Positions 52,464 through 53,881 of a DNA stretch of 53,881 nucleotides are shown in pieces. The DNA lies in assembly GCA_046496745.1 (NCBI GenBank), contig JAWOGQ010000093.1, forward strand, positions 1 to 53,881, written 5' to 3'. The notes beneath the pieces were generated by a model, which searched no databases, was not told where the DNA came from, and saw nothing but the letters and a program-made list of their open reading frames with translations. Position numbers and translations under genes: made by a program. Source of the DNA: Candidatus Woesearchaeota archaeon (GTDB lineage: Archaea; Nanobdellota; Nanobdellia; Woesearchaeales; JACJVW01). The number at the start of each line of letters is the position of its first letter. The stretch's first letter is position 1.

Positions 52464-53099
52464 TTAACACCGTAGTTTGTGCAATATGAATTTGGCTGCA
52501 TCTCCACCATACATTATAGGCTCCTGAGGAAATGCTTCAGGCATCATACGTGCCTGAGGAATACCATAAGCCATCTGGCCAAAACCCTCTATACTTTTCA
52601 AAGGTGCAATCACTATAGGTTGCTCATTATATTTTGGCTTTATTTTCCGCTCATTTATCTTCATTGCATGAAAGAACTCTATTGCTGTGCCTGCATTACC
52701 ACCGATAATCTCCATTGCATCAAGTGCCTTTACGAAGGTTGCTGACTCATCTCCAAACTCACTTCTTCCATAATCAGATGGGACTGTCACCTTACAATCA
52801 AGGTAAGGAAGACTGTATTTCTCTCCACTATCAGGAAGCACGCCTATGGTTTTCAGTCCGTAGTCTTTTGCTATCTCGTTTGCTGTCTTTACAATCCCAA
52901 ACTTTGTTCCCCCTGTTAAAATTGCAATGTCTTTATTCTTGAAATATAGCATGCTGTCCTCTATTATGCGTTCAGCTTCTTCCTTACTGGATTCATCACT
53001 GGAGCCGGAGAATCCAATGATATACTCAATATTCTCCTTATTCCTGAATTCATCAATTATATGGGATACCATAGCTATCGCTACCTCCTCATTTATCAC
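52464..53099 (-). CDS. LOG/SLOG-superfamily (TIGR00725-like) Rossmann-fold protein
   Basis: ILTGGTKFGIVKTA (GGxxG) and IIGGNAGTAIEF (the GGxxGTxxE of LOG-type proteins). The start is either GTG at 53099 or ATG at 53072 (GAGGAGGT lies 10 nt upstream). CTAAATAAATT is centred near 53124. Confidence 0.6.
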   Translation of the reverse strand: MINEEVAIAMVSHIIDEFRNKENIEYIIGFSGSSDESSKEEAERIIEDSMLYFKNKDIAILTGGTKFGIVKTANEIAKDYGLKTIGVLPDSGEKYSLPYLDCKVTVPSDYGRSEFGDESATFVKALDAMEIIGGNAGTAIEFFHAMKINERKIKPKYNEQPIVIAPLKSIEGFGQMAYGIPQARMMPEAFPQEPIMYGGDAAKFILHKLRC

Positions 53100-53378
53100 C
53101 TTTTTTGCTTAAAAGGTCAATTTATTTAGAGGCTACCATCTTAAAAAAGATATCGGCAACAACTCCGTAGGAGCTACAGATTTAATGGAAAATTTTCATA
53201 GGTATACTAATCTCTAACTTACCATTACTTATCAATTATTTATAGGGGGAGGTTGGTCTGATATTTTACTGGGCATGTTTACCCCTGACAGAAAGGCACT
53301 GAAAGTTATTTAATAAAGGATAATTCTCGAGGGCTGAATATACAAATCTTCTTAAATGAACTGTTGTCTCCAGCCGGG

Positions 53379-53881
53379 ATGCAAAAATTAACAAAGATAA
53401 TAGCAACTATAGGACCCGCATCTGACAGCGTGGAGACCATAAAAGAACTGCATGAGAGTGGGATGGATATTGCAAGACTCAATTTTTCTCATGGAGATTA
53501 TGAATATTTCTCAAAGATTATTGACCGGATCAGGGAAGTCGATGAAAACATATGCATAATGCTTGACACTAAAGGGCCTGAGATAAGGACAAACCCTTTT
53601 GATGGTGAGGGCATGCAACTAAAAAAAGGAGACGAGATAGCTATAGAGGAAAGTACTGAAAATTCTTCTGATGTCATACGGATAAATTATCCTGTAGGTG
53701 AGATCGCTGATGGGACGATCGTGTATCTTGATGATGGGCTGATCTCGGCAAAAGTAAATAACGGGCAGATCAAAGTTCTTAATGATGGATTCCTGGGAAA
53801 TAAGAAGAGTGTCACATTCAAGGAACATGATGCAAAACTGCCTTTCCTGACAGAGAAAGACAAGGAGGATATCAGGTTTGG
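53379..53881 (+). CDS. pyk: Pyruvate kinase, 5' part (runs off the right edge; not in the ORF track)
   Basis: Hand translation from the ATG at 53379: MQKLTKIIATIGPASDSVETIKELHESGMDIARLNFSHGDYEYFSKIIDRIREVDENICIMLDTKGPEIRT... The frame is open to nt 53881. Confidence 0.9.
   Translation, partial: MQKLTKIIATIGPASDSVETIKELHESGMDIARLNFSHGDYEYFSKIIDRIREVDENICIMLDTKGPEIRTNPFDGEGMQLKKGDEIAIEESTENSSDVIRINYPVGEIADGTIVYLDDGLISAKVNNGQIKVLNDGFLGNKKSVTFKEHDAKLPFLTEKDKEDIRF

Noticed and set aside
53100-53378. 279-bp spacer before pyruvate kinase scanned for small ORFs or ncRNA
   Set aside because: It holds only 10-12-codon ORFs without properly spaced SD sequences and one trivial 4-bp hairpin (GTAG-gag-CTAC). 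Nothing is supportable.

Overview
Densely packed, AT-rich archaeal chromosome segment. Archaeal hallmarks are GatE, aCPSF1/FttA, proteasome beta, an intron-containing tRNA, BRE/TATA boxes about 25-30 nt upstream of many start codons, and a PGF-pre-PGF-type surface domain. I call about 55 protein genes and 2 tRNAs. I see no rRNA, CRISPR array, transposase or integrase. Gene blocks, left to right: (1) a Cys-rich surface protein, tRNA-Thr and ValRS. (2) An oxidative-stress island at 5.4-8.9 kb with rubrerythrin, two ferritin-like diiron proteins, a rubredoxin-like protein, an FNR-like reductase, Lrp and DUF1858. (3) aCPSF1, PsmB, a phosphoesterase, TsaC and SMC. (4) Envelope genes: PIG-L, GT4 and an RDD-SppA-S8 protease operon, plus a U32 peptidase. 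(5) A type IV filament-like locus at 25.5-34.4 kb with two divergent secretion ATPases, one FlaJ/PilC-like platform protein, a wHTH coiled-coil protein and embedded CBS and MBL genes. It is followed by a nested palindromic element. (6) A lysine-rich tandem-repeat protein, intron-containing tRNA-Phe and a radical SAM-TRAM gene. (7) LTD surface proteins, a KNTase-like nucleotidyltransferase, an orphan histidine kinase, GatE and a second nucleotidyltransferase. (8) A hisG-hisC::HAD-hisB-hisIE-hisD operon, a G1PDH-like gene, a LOG-like-GNAT-MTase-HisRS operon, and the 5' end of pyruvate kinase at the right edge. The best candidate for something undescribed is the two-ATPase filament/secretion-like locus with its polycationic ATPase tail. 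Also notable are the MITE-like or structured-RNA element, the HisC-HAD fusion, a tRNA-Thr with an apparently co-varied 18:55 elbow pair, and several small ORFs missed by the 60-aa ORF track. All function calls rest on motif recognition by eye; no database search was run.
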